From contig JBKBYA010000007.1 of the NCBI GenBank assembly GCA_046313635.1, forward strand, positions 1 to 64,000: a stretch of DNA of 64,000 nucleotides. Reading direction: 5' to 3'. The DNA comes from Pyrinomonadaceae bacterium. GTDB taxonomy: Bacteria; Acidobacteriota; Blastocatellia; Pyrinomonadales; Pyrinomonadaceae. Position numbers and translations under genes: made by a program. The notes beneath the pieces were generated by a model. The model made no database searches, had not been told where the DNA came from, and worked only from the letters and a program-made list of their open reading frames with translations. The stretch's first letter is position 1. Each line of letters opens with the position of its first letter. Below are positions 9,188 through 19,985 of the stretch, in pieces.

Positions 9188-11400
9188 TTGCTTGAGAGGT
9201 CGGGCAGGTCCTTTGCCCGGTAACCGGTAACGTGCTCGAGACCGTGGACGATGGTCGGACGAGCGCCGGTCATGTCAGCATCGTAGACGATCGCCTTTGC
9301 CGCTTCGGTGGCGAGCGTGAAGCGCTCTTCGGTCTCGCGACGCGAGTCCTCGGCCAGCCGGCGCTCGTGAATATCGACGCCGACGCCCATATAGCCCACA
9401 AAGCGGCCGTCCTCGTATCGCGGCGTACCTCGCCACATCATCCAGCGATATTCGCCGGCCGCCGAGCGGGCGCGGTTCTCCATAGTGAACGGCCGCCGCT
9501 CGCTCGCCGCCTCAAGGTATTGACTGACTGACCGGTCGAGGTCGTCAGGGTGATACATCGCCTCCCATGACCGGCCGGCGAGTTCGGTGTCGTCCTTTAA
9601 GCCGAAGTAATCGAGCATCCGCCGGTTGGCGTAAAGGTTATTGGCGTTTTCGTCGCCGATCCAGATAAATACCGGCGCGTCGTCGGCGAGGCGGCGGAAG
9701 CGCTCCTCCGATTCGCGAAGTGCGGCCTCTGCCGAGCGCCGCTCGGTGATGTCGGCGGTAACGCCCGTAAAACCGACGACCTCCCCGGCCTCGTCGAGCG
9801 TCGGCACCGTCTCGCTCGAGAGCCAGCGGACGCGGCCGTCGACGTCACGGACGCGAAATTCAACCGTATAGCCCGCCCGCGACCGTCGAGCCGCCTCGCT
9901 CCGCTCGCGTATCTCAGGCAGGTCCTCGGGCACGATGCGCTGCTCGACGGCGCCGACGGTGCCGTCAAACGTTTCGAGATCGACGCCGAGCAGTCTCGCC
10001 GTCCGCGCGTCGATCCAGGCGCGGCCCGTGTCGAGTTGCCATTCCCAAACGCCGAGCCGCCCGGCGTCGAGGGCAAGGCGTTGACGGCGTTCCGACTCGC
10101 GAATTCGCTGCTCGGCCAGCTTTTGGTCGGTGATCTCGCGAGTGTAGACCGCGAGGCCTCCGTCGGGCGTCGGGTAGGCCCTGTTAAAGAACCATCTGTC
10201 CTTTGAACGGTCGTAATTCTCGAATGAGATACTCACGCGCTCGTTCATCGCGCGCTCGAGCTGCTGATGGACGTACCCGCCGACAAGGTCGGGGAACACG
10301 TCCCACAAGCGGCTGCCCTGCAGCCGGTCGAGCGTGACGCCCAACTCGTTGAGCGTGGAGCGGCTCGCGAAGCGGAGCCGCCACTGCGAATCAAAAACGA
10401 GCAGATCGTCTGTGATACTGCCGACTATGCCTGCAAACAAGTTCTCGCGGAGTCCGGCAGAGCGCTCGTATTCGGCGGTTGCGGCGACGGCGCGCCACAG
10501 CACGCCGCAGATCACCGCGATCATTAGCAGCACGAGCAGCGCCGTGCCCAGCTCGTTGTCGACGAAGCCGAAGTTTCCGAGCCAGATATGTGCCGCGCCG
10601 AGCAGGATCGGGACCGCGACCGCCCACCCCAGCGTGCGGCGGGCGAGACGGCCGGCGGCCCGTTCGTCGAGGAGGCTGCGCATCGGCTCGTGATCGGGCA
10701 GCGAGAGAACGAGCGCCAACCCGAAAGCAAGCAGCACCAGAGTCGTCCCGAACTCGGTCGTCGTAAGACTCGAGACCGTAAAAAGGTCGTCCGAGCCAAA
10801 GAGATACCCGAGCAGCGAGACGAGGGCGATGATCAGGACGATGAGGCCGGACAACGGAGCGAACCGCCGCACGCGCGGAAACACCGCCGCGGCGACGATC
10901 GCGATCCCCAGAATGGCAAAACCTGCGGCGGCCGGCAGCCCGATACGCCCGGGCGCGTTGGCGGCCATACGGCCCCATTCGCGGCCGAAGAGGAGCAGGC
11001 CATCGATGCCGAGATCGACCTTTGCGGCATATTCGAAAAGCGTCAGCAGGCCGACCGCCAGCGGCACGGCCGCGAGGGTCGCGGCTGCCCGATCTCGCTG
11101 TCGACCGGCAAATAAGTAAAGGGCGAGACCGGCGGCAACCGCTGCCAATGCCGAGTTTGGAAGCAGCGCGGCGCTGCTGCTGCCGAGCGCGGCAAGCGCC
11201 CGAATGTCAAAGGCCCAGCCCAGCAACGCGGCGACGCCGATCAGGCTGCCGATCACCGCAAGAGCGCGCGCTGCCGACGCGGCGGTCTTATGCGATACGG
11301 GGACTTCGCGGTCGTGGGCCCCGGTCCGAGGATCGCCGTTGTTATGCTCTTGCTCGCCGGCCTGTGCGGGAACGGCGTTTTGATCGAAAGAAGATCTCAT
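9004..11400 (-). CDS. N-terminal part (multi-TM sensor plus PAS domains) of the same frameshifted hybrid kinase
   Basis: About 7 hydrophobic helices, then PAS/PAC repeats. The frame breaks mid-PAS after HPDDLPDHLAAYERYMRTGGRYR. Confidence 0.85.
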   Translation of the reverse strand: MRSSFDQNAVPAQAGEQEHNNGDPRTGAHDREVPVSHKTAASAARALAVIGSLIGVAALLGWAFDIRALAALGSSSAALLPNSALAAVAAGLALYLFAGRQRDRAAATLAAVPLAVGLLTLFEYAAKVDLGIDGLLLFGREWGRMAANAPGRIGLPAAAGFAILGIAIVAAAVFPRVRRFAPLSGLIVLIIALVSLLGYLFGSDDLFTVSSLTTTEFGTTLVLLAFGLALVLSLPDHEPMRSLLDERAAGRLARRTLGWAVAVPILLGAAHIWLGNFGFVDNELGTALLVLLMIAVICGVLWRAVAATAEYERSAGLRENLFAGIVGSITDDLLVFDSQWRLRFASRSTLNELGVTLDRLQGSRLWDVFPDLVGGYVHQQLERAMNERVSISFENYDRSKDRWFFNRAYPTPDGGLAVYTREITDQKLAEQRIRESERRQRLALDAGRLGVWEWQLDTGRAWIDARTARLLGVDLETFDGTVGAVEQRIVPEDLPEIRERSEAARRSRAGYTVEFRVRDVDGRVRWLSSETVPTLDEAGEVVGFTGVTADITERRSAEAALRESEERFRRLADDAPVFIWIGDENANNLYANRRMLDYFGLKDDTELAGRSWEAMYHPDDLDRSVSQYLEAASERRPFTMENRARSAAGEYRWMMWRGTPRYEDGRFVGYMGVGVDIHERRLAEDSRRETEERFTLATEAAKAIVYDADMTGARPTIVHGLEHVTGYRAKDLPDLSSKWWHSIIHPDDLPDHLAAYERYMRTGGRYRRSTASGGPTAAGSGSKTPPAPSSTHRADRCS

Positions 11401-12117
11401 CCCCCCTGCTCGCGAGATCCGTTATTACACGAAGCCGGACCGTGCTTCGCCGAAAACCGCTGACCTGCGGTGGAGCGCGTATATCGCAAAGCCGCCGTCG
11501 ATGCGGCGATGATAACAAAACGGACGCCCAAAAAACAGATAGCCCGCAGAGCACACGATCCTGATTTTGCAGGTCCAAAATGCATACGCGTCGATGGCTT
11601 TGTCATAACGGACCGGGCCCGAGAGAACGGGCCAAGGGAATTCCCTTATGGCGATCGCCGGCGGCCCCTATTCCGCCGGCCGGCCGCGTCTGTGATGATA
11701 GGTCCACACAATAAGTGTGAATGCACTTGGCAGACGGGGCGAAGGCTCCAAGACCAAAGGACCTCGAAGGACGCTGATCCTGGACCGAGCAGCGGATATC
11801 GGGGCCTTTGGTCTTTCTGACCGCGCTTTATGACTTGCTGAAAGTCATAGCCGTCAGGCTTCCTCTCCGCGAGTTGCTCGACCATCATCAAGGATCGGCA
11901 CGGGCGAGCTCAAGGCATCGATTGATCTGCGTCGAGCTGCCGCGGGAGGTTTGGCGCATGCGACATCGAAGCCGCATTTCGCGGCCGGCGACATTTAGGT
12001 TTTAATCGCGGGCCCGCGGGTATACACTTTTTTCTAAGCTCACGTTGTTCAGAAGGCATTCGGTGACGGCGATCGCCGGCGGGCCGCATGTCTTCGGTGC
12101 CGGTCAAGGGGGTTTCG

Positions 12118-13200
12118 GTGGCAAAGAAAAACATCGTCGTAACGGGCGGGTCGTCCGGGAGCTTTGAGGTGTTCAAAGCGATCGCTTCGGGCCTGCCCGC
12201 AGGCCTGGATGCATCGATCTTCATCGTCTGGCACATGTCGCCCGGCGTCCGTGGCGTCCTGCCGCAGGTGTTGAATAACGTCGGCCGACTGCCGGCATCG
12301 GAGGCCGAGGACGGGGATCGGATCGAGACCGGCCGGATCTATGTCGCTCGGCCAGACCATCATCTGCTCGTCGAGGACGGTGTCGTGCGGGTGACCCGCG
12401 GCCCAAAAGAGAATCGTTTCAGACCGGCGATCGATCCGCTGTTTCGGTCGGCCGCGTTCACCTACGGCCCGCGGGTCGTCGGAGTGGTGACGTCCGGGGC
12501 GCTCGACGACGGCACGTCGGGGCTGTGGACGATCAAGCATTACGGCGGAACGGCGATCGTACAGGACCCGTCCGATGCCGAGACGGCCTCGATGCCGGAG
12601 AGCGCGATCCGAGAGGTCAGGGTCGATCACATTGTTCCGCTCGCGCGAATCGCCGAGCTTATCGTCGAACTTTCAGCTCAGGAGGCCGACGGCGAGGCGG
12701 CGGCCGTGCGGGCCCGCGATGACGTCCGGCACGCGCGCACAGCGCTTGAGATACAGGTCGCCGGCGAACAGCATCCCTTCGAGCTCGGCGTGTCGAACTG
12801 GGGCGAGCTCTCGCCGATCGCCTGCCCCGAGTGCCGGGGCGTGCTGTCGCGGATCAGCGAGGACGGACGGCCAAGGTTCCGGTGCCACACCGGCCATGCG
12901 TACTCCGCTGATTCGCTGCTCGCGGTCGTGACCGAGAACATCGAAAAGAGCCTCTGGGAGGCCGTGCGCGGCATTGACGAGAGCGTTATGCTCCTCGATC
13001 ATCTCGGCGACCATTTTGCCGAGATCAACCAGCCCTCGCTTGCCGCAAGATTTTTCCGCAAGTCAAAAGAGGCGGCAAGGCGCAACGATCTGATAAGACA
13101 GGTCGTTTTCGGCCACGAAGATCCGACCGCCCTTCACATCAACAGCGGCCCCACAGAAGGGCAGGTAAAACCGGAAGATGTCAGCGAGGCCGCAGCATGA
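12118..13200 (+). CDS. cheB: CheB-type protein-glutamate methylesterase with C-terminal Cys-rich (CPEC..FRCHTGH) domain
   Basis: GGSSGS, VWHMSP, RPAIDPLFRSAA, GALDDG, QDP..A...SMP; GTG at 12118 after AAGGGGG (ORF track starts 12088). Confidence 0.85.
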   Translation: MAKKNIVVTGGSSGSFEVFKAIASGLPAGLDASIFIVWHMSPGVRGVLPQVLNNVGRLPASEAEDGDRIETGRIYVARPDHHLLVEDGVVRVTRGPKENRFRPAIDPLFRSAAFTYGPRVVGVVTSGALDDGTSGLWTIKHYGGTAIVQDPSDAETASMPESAIREVRVDHIVPLARIAELIVELSAQEADGEAAAVRARDDVRHARTALEIQVAGEQHPFELGVSNWGELSPIACPECRGVLSRISEDGRPRFRCHTGHAYSADSLLAVVTENIEKSLWEAVRGIDESVMLLDHLGDHFAEINQPSLAARFFRKSKEAARRNDLIRQVVFGHEDPTALHINSGPTEGQVKPEDVSEAAA

Positions 13201-13337
13201 GTGCCGAGAGATAAAGGGAAATATCATTGTGCCGACGACGTCACCGCTCGCGATGCGAGATGACGCGGCAGTCGGGCCTGCGTCGTCCGGCATCGCCGCT
13301 CGATCGCGGACGAGATCGATCGGAGGCCATTAAAGAA

Positions 13338-16300
13338 ATGTCGAAGCGTTCGAGTTCCACGGCAGCCGACGATGCCGGCACCAGATCACCGAAAAGCGGC
13401 GGCGACCTGCTGATCGTCGGTATCGGCGCGTCTGCGGGCGGCGTGGAGGCGCTGTCGATCTTTTTTGAAAATGTCCCGGCCGAGTCAGGGATCGCCTACG
13501 TCGTGATACTGCATCTCTCGCCTGACTACGAGAGCCGCCTCGCCGAGGTGCTCCAACGCGTTTCATCGATCCCGGTCGAGCAGGTCACCAAAAAGACAAA
13601 GGTCAGGCCCGATCACGTCTACGTCGTCCCGCCCGACAAGCACCTCGAGATGTCGAACGACTCCATTCTGGTAAAGCCGGTCGAGACCGACGAGGAGCGC
13701 AGGGCTCCGGTCGATATATTCTTTCGGACCCTCGCATCGACGCACGGCGCCAACGCCGTCGCCGTGATCCTCTCGGGCACGGGAGCCAACGGCTCGATGG
13801 GCCTCAAGCGTGTAAAGGAATTTGGCGGGGCGGTCTTTGTCCAAAACCCGCGCGAGGCTGAGTATAGCGAGATGCCTCGCAATGCCATCACGACCGAGAT
13901 GATCGACGCCGTGCTCCCCATCGCCCAGATCCCGGCGGCGATAGTGACATATCGAAATAAACGCGGCTCGGTAGCGATCCCCGACGAGCCGACCGACCGC
14001 GAGGTCGACGACCAGAGGGCACTGCGTGAGATCTTTTTGCAGCTGCGGATGAGGACGGGTCACGATTTTTCGAACTACAAACGTCCGACGATGCTTCGCC
14101 GGATCGAGCGCCGGATAAGCGTGCTCGACCTGCCCGACATACGGTCTTACGCAAGCTACTTGCACGACCATCCCGAGGAGCCGCAGGCGCTGCTTAGAGA
14201 TCTGCTGATCTCGGTAACAAACTTCTTTCGCGACAAAAAGGCCTTTGAGGCGCTGGAGACGCGCGTGCTCCCAGATCTTTTCGAAGGGCGGCCCAAGCAT
14301 AGACCGGTCCGGATCTGGATACCGGGCTGCGCGACCGGCGAGGACGCGTATTCGATCGCGATGATGGCCGCCGAACTCACGATGGGCGATATCGAGAGGC
14401 CGCCGGTGCAGATCTTTGCGACCGACATCGACGAGCAGGCGATCGCCGTCGCGCGCGAAGGCGTCTATACCGCGAGCGACGCGGCAGACCTCTCGCCCGA
14501 ACGGCTCCGGCGATTCTTTACCAAGGTGGGCGAGAGCTATCGCATCCGGCGCGAGATACGCGAGATGGTACTCTTTGCACAGCATAATCTGATCAAGGAC
14601 CCGCCCTTCTCACATCTCGATCTCGTCTCTTGTCGAAACCTGCTGATCTACCTTAACCACAGCGCCCAGGAACGGGTGATGGAGACCGTTCATTTTGCGC
14701 TCCGGCCGGGCGGCTACCTTTTTATCGGCGCTTCGGAGACGGTCGACGGCTCGAGCGATCTTTTTAAGGCGTTTGATAAGGAGCATCGCATTTATCGGAG
14801 CCGTCAGGTGACGTCAAGGCCGTTTCCTGTGCCCGAGTCGGTGCCGGTCTATCGCGCGGCGTCGCTTCGGACCGAGGCGGTACAGAAAAAGACCGGCGAG
14901 GCCGTCGACCGGATCACGTACAACGACCTTCATCTGCGCCTGCTCGAAGAGTTTGCGCCGCCGTCGCTCGTCGTGAACGAAGAGTACGAGGTCGTACACC
15001 TGTCTCCGCGTGCGGGCAGGTATTTGCACGTGGTCGGCGGCGAGCCGAGCAGCAACCTCTTGCGGCTGATCCGCCCTGAGCTGCGGCTCGAGGCCAGGAC
15101 CGCTCTCTTTCAGGCCGCGCAGCAGCAGACGAATGTCGAGGTCCAGGGGCTGAAGGTGCGCATCGGCGACCAGGACGAGACCATCGATCTGCTGATACGG
15201 CCGGTCCTGGGCGAGAACGATATCGCTCGCGGATTCATTCTCGTGATATTTCGACCGGCGGCGTCCGACGGCCGATCGGGAGCGGCACGGCCCGAGGACT
15301 ACGTCGCACCGGAGCCGGTCGCACGGCAGCTGGAAGAAGAGCTGATACGTTCGCGAACCCAGCTGCAGGCCGCGCTCGAGCAGGCCGAAGTGCAGGCCGA
15401 GGAACTGCGCGCCTCTAACGAGGAATTGCAGGCGATGAACGAGGAGCTGCGCTCGTCCGCCGAGGAGCTCGAAACGAGCAAAGAGGAGCTGCAGTCGATC
15501 AATAAGGAGCTCACGACGGTCAATCAGGAGCTCAAGGTCAATATCGAGGAGCTCTCGCACACAAACAACAATTTCCAGAATCTCGTCAATTCGATCGACA
15601 TCGGGACGATCTTTCTCGACCGCAGCCTGCGGGTCAACCTGTTTTCGCCGGCGGCTCGCGAGGTCTTTAATCTGCTCCCGGCCGACGTCGGACGGCCGTT
15701 GACGGATATCACCGGACGGATCGAATATGCCGAGCTCGACAAAGATGCCGATCGGGTCCTCGAGACGCTGCAGCCGGTCGAGCGCGAGGTGACGGGCCTC
15801 GACGGCCGCGTGCACCTGCTCAGGATCTTTCCGTACCGGACGAGTGACGACCGTATCAACGGCGTCGTTCTGACATTTGTCGACATTACCGACCGCAAGC
15901 GTGCCGAGCAGGCCCTCGCCGAGAGCGAAGAGCAGTTTCGCCGCGCCATCGAGGACGCCCCGATACCTGTCATCATGCACGCCGAGGATGGCGAGGTCCT
16001 GCAGGTCAGCCGCACGTGGACCGAGCTGACCGGCTATACGATAAAGGACGTGCCGACCGTTGACGCGTGGCTGACGCGCGCCTACGGCGAAGGCGCCGAG
16101 TCTGTGCGCTCGCATATGCAAGAGCTCTTCCGGGGCCGTCGCAAGACTGACGGGATCGAGTTCCCGATCCGTACGCGCAGCGGCGAGACGCGCTACTGGA
16201 GCTTTAGCGCGTCGTCGCCGGGTACGCTGCGAGACGGCCGTCGATTCATCGTCGGGATGGCGGTCGATATCACCGAGCGCATGAGGACGGACGAGGCCCT

Positions 16301-19300
16301 TAGACAGAGCGAGCAGCGAGCGCGCCTGCTTATCGAGAGTGCATCGGACTACGCGATCCTTACGCTCGATCCCGATCGCCGCGTGACCAGTTGGAGCAGC
16401 GGGGCCGAGGCCCTGCTCGGGTATGCCGACAGCGAGATCGTCGGCCGGACGGGCGATATCCTCTTCACGCCGGAGGATCGTAAAAAGGGCGAGCCTCTGC
16501 GAGAGGCGCAGACCGCCCGCGACGAGGGGCGGGCCCAGAACGAGCGGTGGCACCTGCGCAAGGACGGCACGTATTTCTGGGGCTCAGGCTCCGCGAGCCC
16601 GATCCGCGACGGCTCCGGCAAACTGATCGGCTTTGTCAAGATACTCCGCGACCTGACAGAGCGCCGCAAAGCTCAAGAGGCCCAAAGCGCCGACCTCGAC
16701 GCGACCAGCCTGCTGCTCCAGCTCGGGGCACGTCTCGTGACCGAGGCCGACATTCAGACGCTCTACGACGAGGTCATGGCCGCGGCGATCAGGCTGACGC
16801 GTGCCGATGCAGGGACCGTACAGATCTTTGACGCCCGGACGAGAGAGCTGGTGCTGCTCGCCACAAGCGGATTTGACAGTAAGCTTACCGACCGTTTCCG
16901 ACGAGTTGACGCCGGCAGCGGGACGTCGTGCGGCGTCGCGCTGCGAACCGGCAAGCGCTCATTCGTCGACTTTGATCCCGACGATCCCGAGATAACGAGC
17001 CGACTGCACGTCGAGGCCGGACTTCTCTCGGCGCAGTCGACGCCGCTGGTCTCGCGCTCGGGCGAGCGGATCGGGATGCTGAGCACTCACTGGCGGCGGG
17101 CGGGACACCGGCCCTCGGAACGCGAGCTGGAATTTCTGGACCTCCTCGCGCGGCAGGCCGCCGATTTTATCGAGCAGCGGCAGGCCGAGGAAAAACTTCG
17201 GCGCGCTGCCGAGCTCGACGCCTTCCGGGTAGAGCTGACCGACGCTTTGCGACCGCTCAGCGATCCGCAGGAGATACAGTCGGCCGCGTGCCGGGCGCTG
17301 GGCGAACATCTTCGGGTCGACCGCACGTACTTTGTCGAGGTCAACGAAGCCGACAATTTCGCCCGCGTCGAGCGCGATTACACGCGAGGCGCGTCGCCGT
17401 CGCTGGCGGGCGACTTTCAACTTGACGAGGTCGGATGGTCGGTCCCTTTCCTGCGGCGCGGCGAGATGGTCGTGGTGCGTGACGTCCGATCCTCAGACCT
17501 TGTACCCGATGCCGATCGCGGATGGATGGCCGAATTGCAGATCGCCGCCCATGTGTCGGTCCCGATAAACAAGACGGGCGCGCTTGTCGGCGCCCTATGC
17601 GTCACCGAGTCGGCCCCGCGTGACTGGACCGATACCGAGATCGAGCTCGTACGCGAGACGGCCGAGCGGATCTGGGAGGCCGTCGACCGTGCCCGTGCGG
17701 AGGCGGCACTGCGCGCTTCCGAGGAGAAGTACCGGTCGCGGGCCGCCGAGCTTCACGCGGTGCTCGAGAGCATGAGCGACGCCGTTTACATCGGATCGGC
17801 CGAAGGCATAAAGATCGCCAACCAGGCGGCCCTCGACCAGCTCGGATATTCGACGCTCGACGAGCTCAATCGCAGCGTCGACCCGCTCGCCGCCGACAGC
17901 CAGATGCGAGACGCCGAGACCGATCAGGTGATACCGGCGGAGAGTCAGCCATTTGCCCGCGCGCTCCGCGGCGAGAGGGTGACGCAGGACGTACGCGTTC
18001 GCCACCGGGCCGCGGGCCGTGACCGCATCGTGCGCAGCTCGGCCGCGCCGGTCATGATCGACGGCAAGATCGTCGCCGCCGTCACGGTCAATACCGACAT
18101 CACCGAGCTAAAGCGGGCGCAGTTTGCCCTTGCAGCCTCAGAGGGCCGGATCCGAATGCTGATGGACAGCTTTGCCGATGTCGCCATCTTTACGACCGAT
18201 CCCAACGGCATCGTGCAGCTTTGGAATCCCGGAGCCGAAAAGATCTTTGGCTTTACGGCCGACGAGCTGGTCGGCAAACGCTCAGGCGATATAGTCTTCA
18301 CGCCCGAGGACATAGAACGCGGAGCTCCCGATGCCGAGCGGGCGACCGCCGTGCGCGACGGCAAGGCGCCCGACGATCGCTGGCACATCCGCAAGAGCGG
18401 CGAGCGCTTTTTTGCAAGCGGTCTGATGGTGCCGCTGACCGACGGCGAGGGCAAATTGATCGGCTACGGCAAGATCGCCTCCGACCTGACCGAGCGCAAG
18501 CGCTACGAGGACGAGCTTCGCGAGGCCCGCGAGCAGCTCGAGGCCCGCGTCGTCGAGCGCACGGCGGAACTGTCGCAGGCCAACGCCTCGCTTCGCCGGC
18601 AGATCGCGGACCGCAAGCGTGCCGAGGCCGAACGGATCCAGCTGCTCCGGCAGATCGTCACCACTCAGGAGGACGAGCGCCGCCGCATCGCTCGCGACCT
18701 GCACGATCAGATGGGACAGCGTCTGACGGCGCTCAGGCTGCAGCTGGCGCTGCTCAGGCAGCACAGCAGCGACGACAAGATCCGCTCCGAGGTCGAACGT
18801 CTGCAGGAGCTCGGCGAGAGGATCGACGCCGAGGTGAATTTCCTCGCATGGGAGCTCAGGCCCACCGTGCTCGACGATCTCGGCCTTGTCACCGCGGTCG
18901 AGAATTTTGTCCGCGAATGGTCGGGTCACTTCGGCATCGCCGCCGAGTTTCACTCGACCGGACTTGCCAAAAAGCGACTCGAGTCAGAGATCGAGACAAA
19001 TCTCTACCGTATCGCGCAGGAGGCCCTCAACAATGTCTACAAGCACGCAGGCGCCACCCGCGTCAATGTGCTGCTTGAGCTGCGCAGAAAGGAGGTGGTC
19101 CTGATCGTCGAGGACGACGGCGTCGGCTTTGACATCGAGGGCCGCGGCAATGCCCAGGCGCAGAACGCCGACGGCATGGGACTATTGGGAATGCAGGAGC
19201 GCGCCGCGATCGTCGGCGGCTCGGTCGAGATCGAGACGGCACCCGACCACGGCACGACCGTCTTTGCCCGGATACCGGCCAGATTTGTAAAGAAAGATGA

Positions 19301-19352
19301 AGGACCAGGCGCCGAAAATATCGACAGCGAAGACAAGGATACTTCTCGCTGA
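13338..19352 (+). CDS. CheB-CheR-PAS-GAF-histidine kinase (HisKA_3) fusion
   Basis: GIGASAGG (CheB), SVTNFFRD / PGCATGEDAYS / DLVSCRNLLIYL (CheR), EELQ coiled coil, PAS and GAF domains, ERRRIARDLHD, QEALNN, DDGVGF; ATG at 13338. Confidence 0.92.
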   Translation: MSKRSSSTAADDAGTRSPKSGGDLLIVGIGASAGGVEALSIFFENVPAESGIAYVVILHLSPDYESRLAEVLQRVSSIPVEQVTKKTKVRPDHVYVVPPDKHLEMSNDSILVKPVETDEERRAPVDIFFRTLASTHGANAVAVILSGTGANGSMGLKRVKEFGGAVFVQNPREAEYSEMPRNAITTEMIDAVLPIAQIPAAIVTYRNKRGSVAIPDEPTDREVDDQRALREIFLQLRMRTGHDFSNYKRPTMLRRIERRISVLDLPDIRSYASYLHDHPEEPQALLRDLLISVTNFFRDKKAFEALETRVLPDLFEGRPKHRPVRIWIPGCATGEDAYSIAMMAAELTMGDIERPPVQIFATDIDEQAIAVAREGVYTASDAADLSPERLRRFFTKVGESYRIRREIREMVLFAQHNLIKDPPFSHLDLVSCRNLLIYLNHSAQERVMETVHFALRPGGYLFIGASETVDGSSDLFKAFDKEHRIYRSRQVTSRPFPVPESVPVYRAASLRTEAVQKKTGEAVDRITYNDLHLRLLEEFAPPSLVVNEEYEVVHLSPRAGRYLHVVGGEPSSNLLRLIRPELRLEARTALFQAAQQQTNVEVQGLKVRIGDQDETIDLLIRPVLGENDIARGFILVIFRPAASDGRSGAARPEDYVAPEPVARQLEEELIRSRTQLQAALEQAEVQAEELRASNEELQAMNEELRSSAEELETSKEELQSINKELTTVNQELKVNIEELSHTNNNFQNLVNSIDIGTIFLDRSLRVNLFSPAAREVFNLLPADVGRPLTDITGRIEYAELDKDADRVLETLQPVEREVTGLDGRVHLLRIFPYRTSDDRINGVVLTFVDITDRKRAEQALAESEEQFRRAIEDAPIPVIMHAEDGEVLQVSRTWTELTGYTIKDVPTVDAWLTRAYGEGAESVRSHMQELFRGRRKTDGIEFPIRTRSGETRYWSFSASSPGTLRDGRRFIVGMAVDITERMRTDEALRQSEQRARLLIESASDYAILTLDPDRRVTSWSSGAEALLGYADSEIVGRTGDILFTPEDRKKGEPLREAQTARDEGRAQNERWHLRKDGTYFWGSGSASPIRDGSGKLIGFVKILRDLTERRKAQEAQSADLDATSLLLQLGARLVTEADIQTLYDEVMAAAIRLTRADAGTVQIFDARTRELVLLATSGFDSKLTDRFRRVDAGSGTSCGVALRTGKRSFVDFDPDDPEITSRLHVEAGLLSAQSTPLVSRSGERIGMLSTHWRRAGHRPSERELEFLDLLARQAADFIEQRQAEEKLRRAAELDAFRVELTDALRPLSDPQEIQSAACRALGEHLRVDRTYFVEVNEADNFARVERDYTRGASPSLAGDFQLDEVGWSVPFLRRGEMVVVRDVRSSDLVPDADRGWMAELQIAAHVSVPINKTGALVGALCVTESAPRDWTDTEIELVRETAERIWEAVDRARAEAALRASEEKYRSRAAELHAVLESMSDAVYIGSAEGIKIANQAALDQLGYSTLDELNRSVDPLAADSQMRDAETDQVIPAESQPFARALRGERVTQDVRVRHRAAGRDRIVRSSAAPVMIDGKIVAAVTVNTDITELKRAQFALAASEGRIRMLMDSFADVAIFTTDPNGIVQLWNPGAEKIFGFTADELVGKRSGDIVFTPEDIERGAPDAERATAVRDGKAPDDRWHIRKSGERFFASGLMVPLTDGEGKLIGYGKIASDLTERKRYEDELREAREQLEARVVERTAELSQANASLRRQIADRKRAEAERIQLLRQIVTTQEDERRRIARDLHDQMGQRLTALRLQLALLRQHSSDDKIRSEVERLQELGERIDAEVNFLAWELRPTVLDDLGLVTAVENFVREWSGHFGIAAEFHSTGLAKKRLESEIETNLYRIAQEALNNVYKHAGATRVNVLLELRRKEVVLIVEDDGVGFDIEGRGNAQAQNADGMGLLGMQERAAIVGGSVEIETAPDHGTTVFARIPARFVKKDEGPGAENIDSEDKDTSR

Positions 19353-19980
19353 GGACCACATCATCGTCCGCGAGGGCATCAAGCTGCTCGTGAACGATCA
19401 GCCCGACATGGAGGTCGTCGGCGAGGCCGGCAACGGCGCAGCCGCGCTCGCCCAGGCACAGAGACTCAAGCCCGACCTGGTCGTGATGGACATCTCCATG
19501 CCGGACGTCAACGGCCTGCTCGCCACACGGCGCCTGCGCAAGATGTGCCCCGACGTACGCATCCTTACGCTCACGCGACACACCGACGACGGGTATCTCC
19601 AGCAGCTCATCAAGGCCGGCGTCAACGGGTACGTGCTCAAGCAGAGCGCTCCGACCGAGCTCATCAACGCCATCCGCGCCGTGCGCTCCGGCAAGTCGTA
19701 CATCGATCCGTCTCTGACAGACAAAGTGATGGGCGGCTTTGCCGCTCGGTCGGCCAGTTTGCGCGGCGACGGCCCGACCGACCTCACGCCGCGCGAGACC
19801 GAGATCCTCCGGCTCATCGCGTGGGGATACTCAAACAAGGAGATAGGCCAGCGCCTCGATATCAGCGTCAAGACGGTCGAGGCCCACAAGGCGAATACGA
19901 TGCGCAAGCTCGGGATGACGAGCCGCATCGACATCGTCCGCTACGCCATCCTCCAGGGCTGGCTGCAGCAGGACACGTGA
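19297..19980 (+). CDS. NarL/LuxR-family response regulator
   Basis: LLAEDH, VMDISMP, LTPRETEILRLIAWGYSNKEIGQRLDISVKTVEAH. Confidence 0.95.
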   Translation: MKDQAPKISTAKTRILLAEDHIIVREGIKLLVNDQPDMEVVGEAGNGAAALAQAQRLKPDLVVMDISMPDVNGLLATRRLRKMCPDVRILTLTRHTDDGYLQQLIKAGVNGYVLKQSAPTELINAIRAVRSGKSYIDPSLTDKVMGGFAARSASLRGDGPTDLTPRETEILRLIAWGYSNKEIGQRLDISVKTVEAHKANTMRKLGMTSRIDIVRYAILQGWLQQDT

Positions 19981-19985
19981 TCCGA

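Noticed and set aside
11401..12087. Small ORFs or ncRNA in the divergent intergenic region
   Set aside because: No convincing motif, SD-linked ORF or stable structure recognised.
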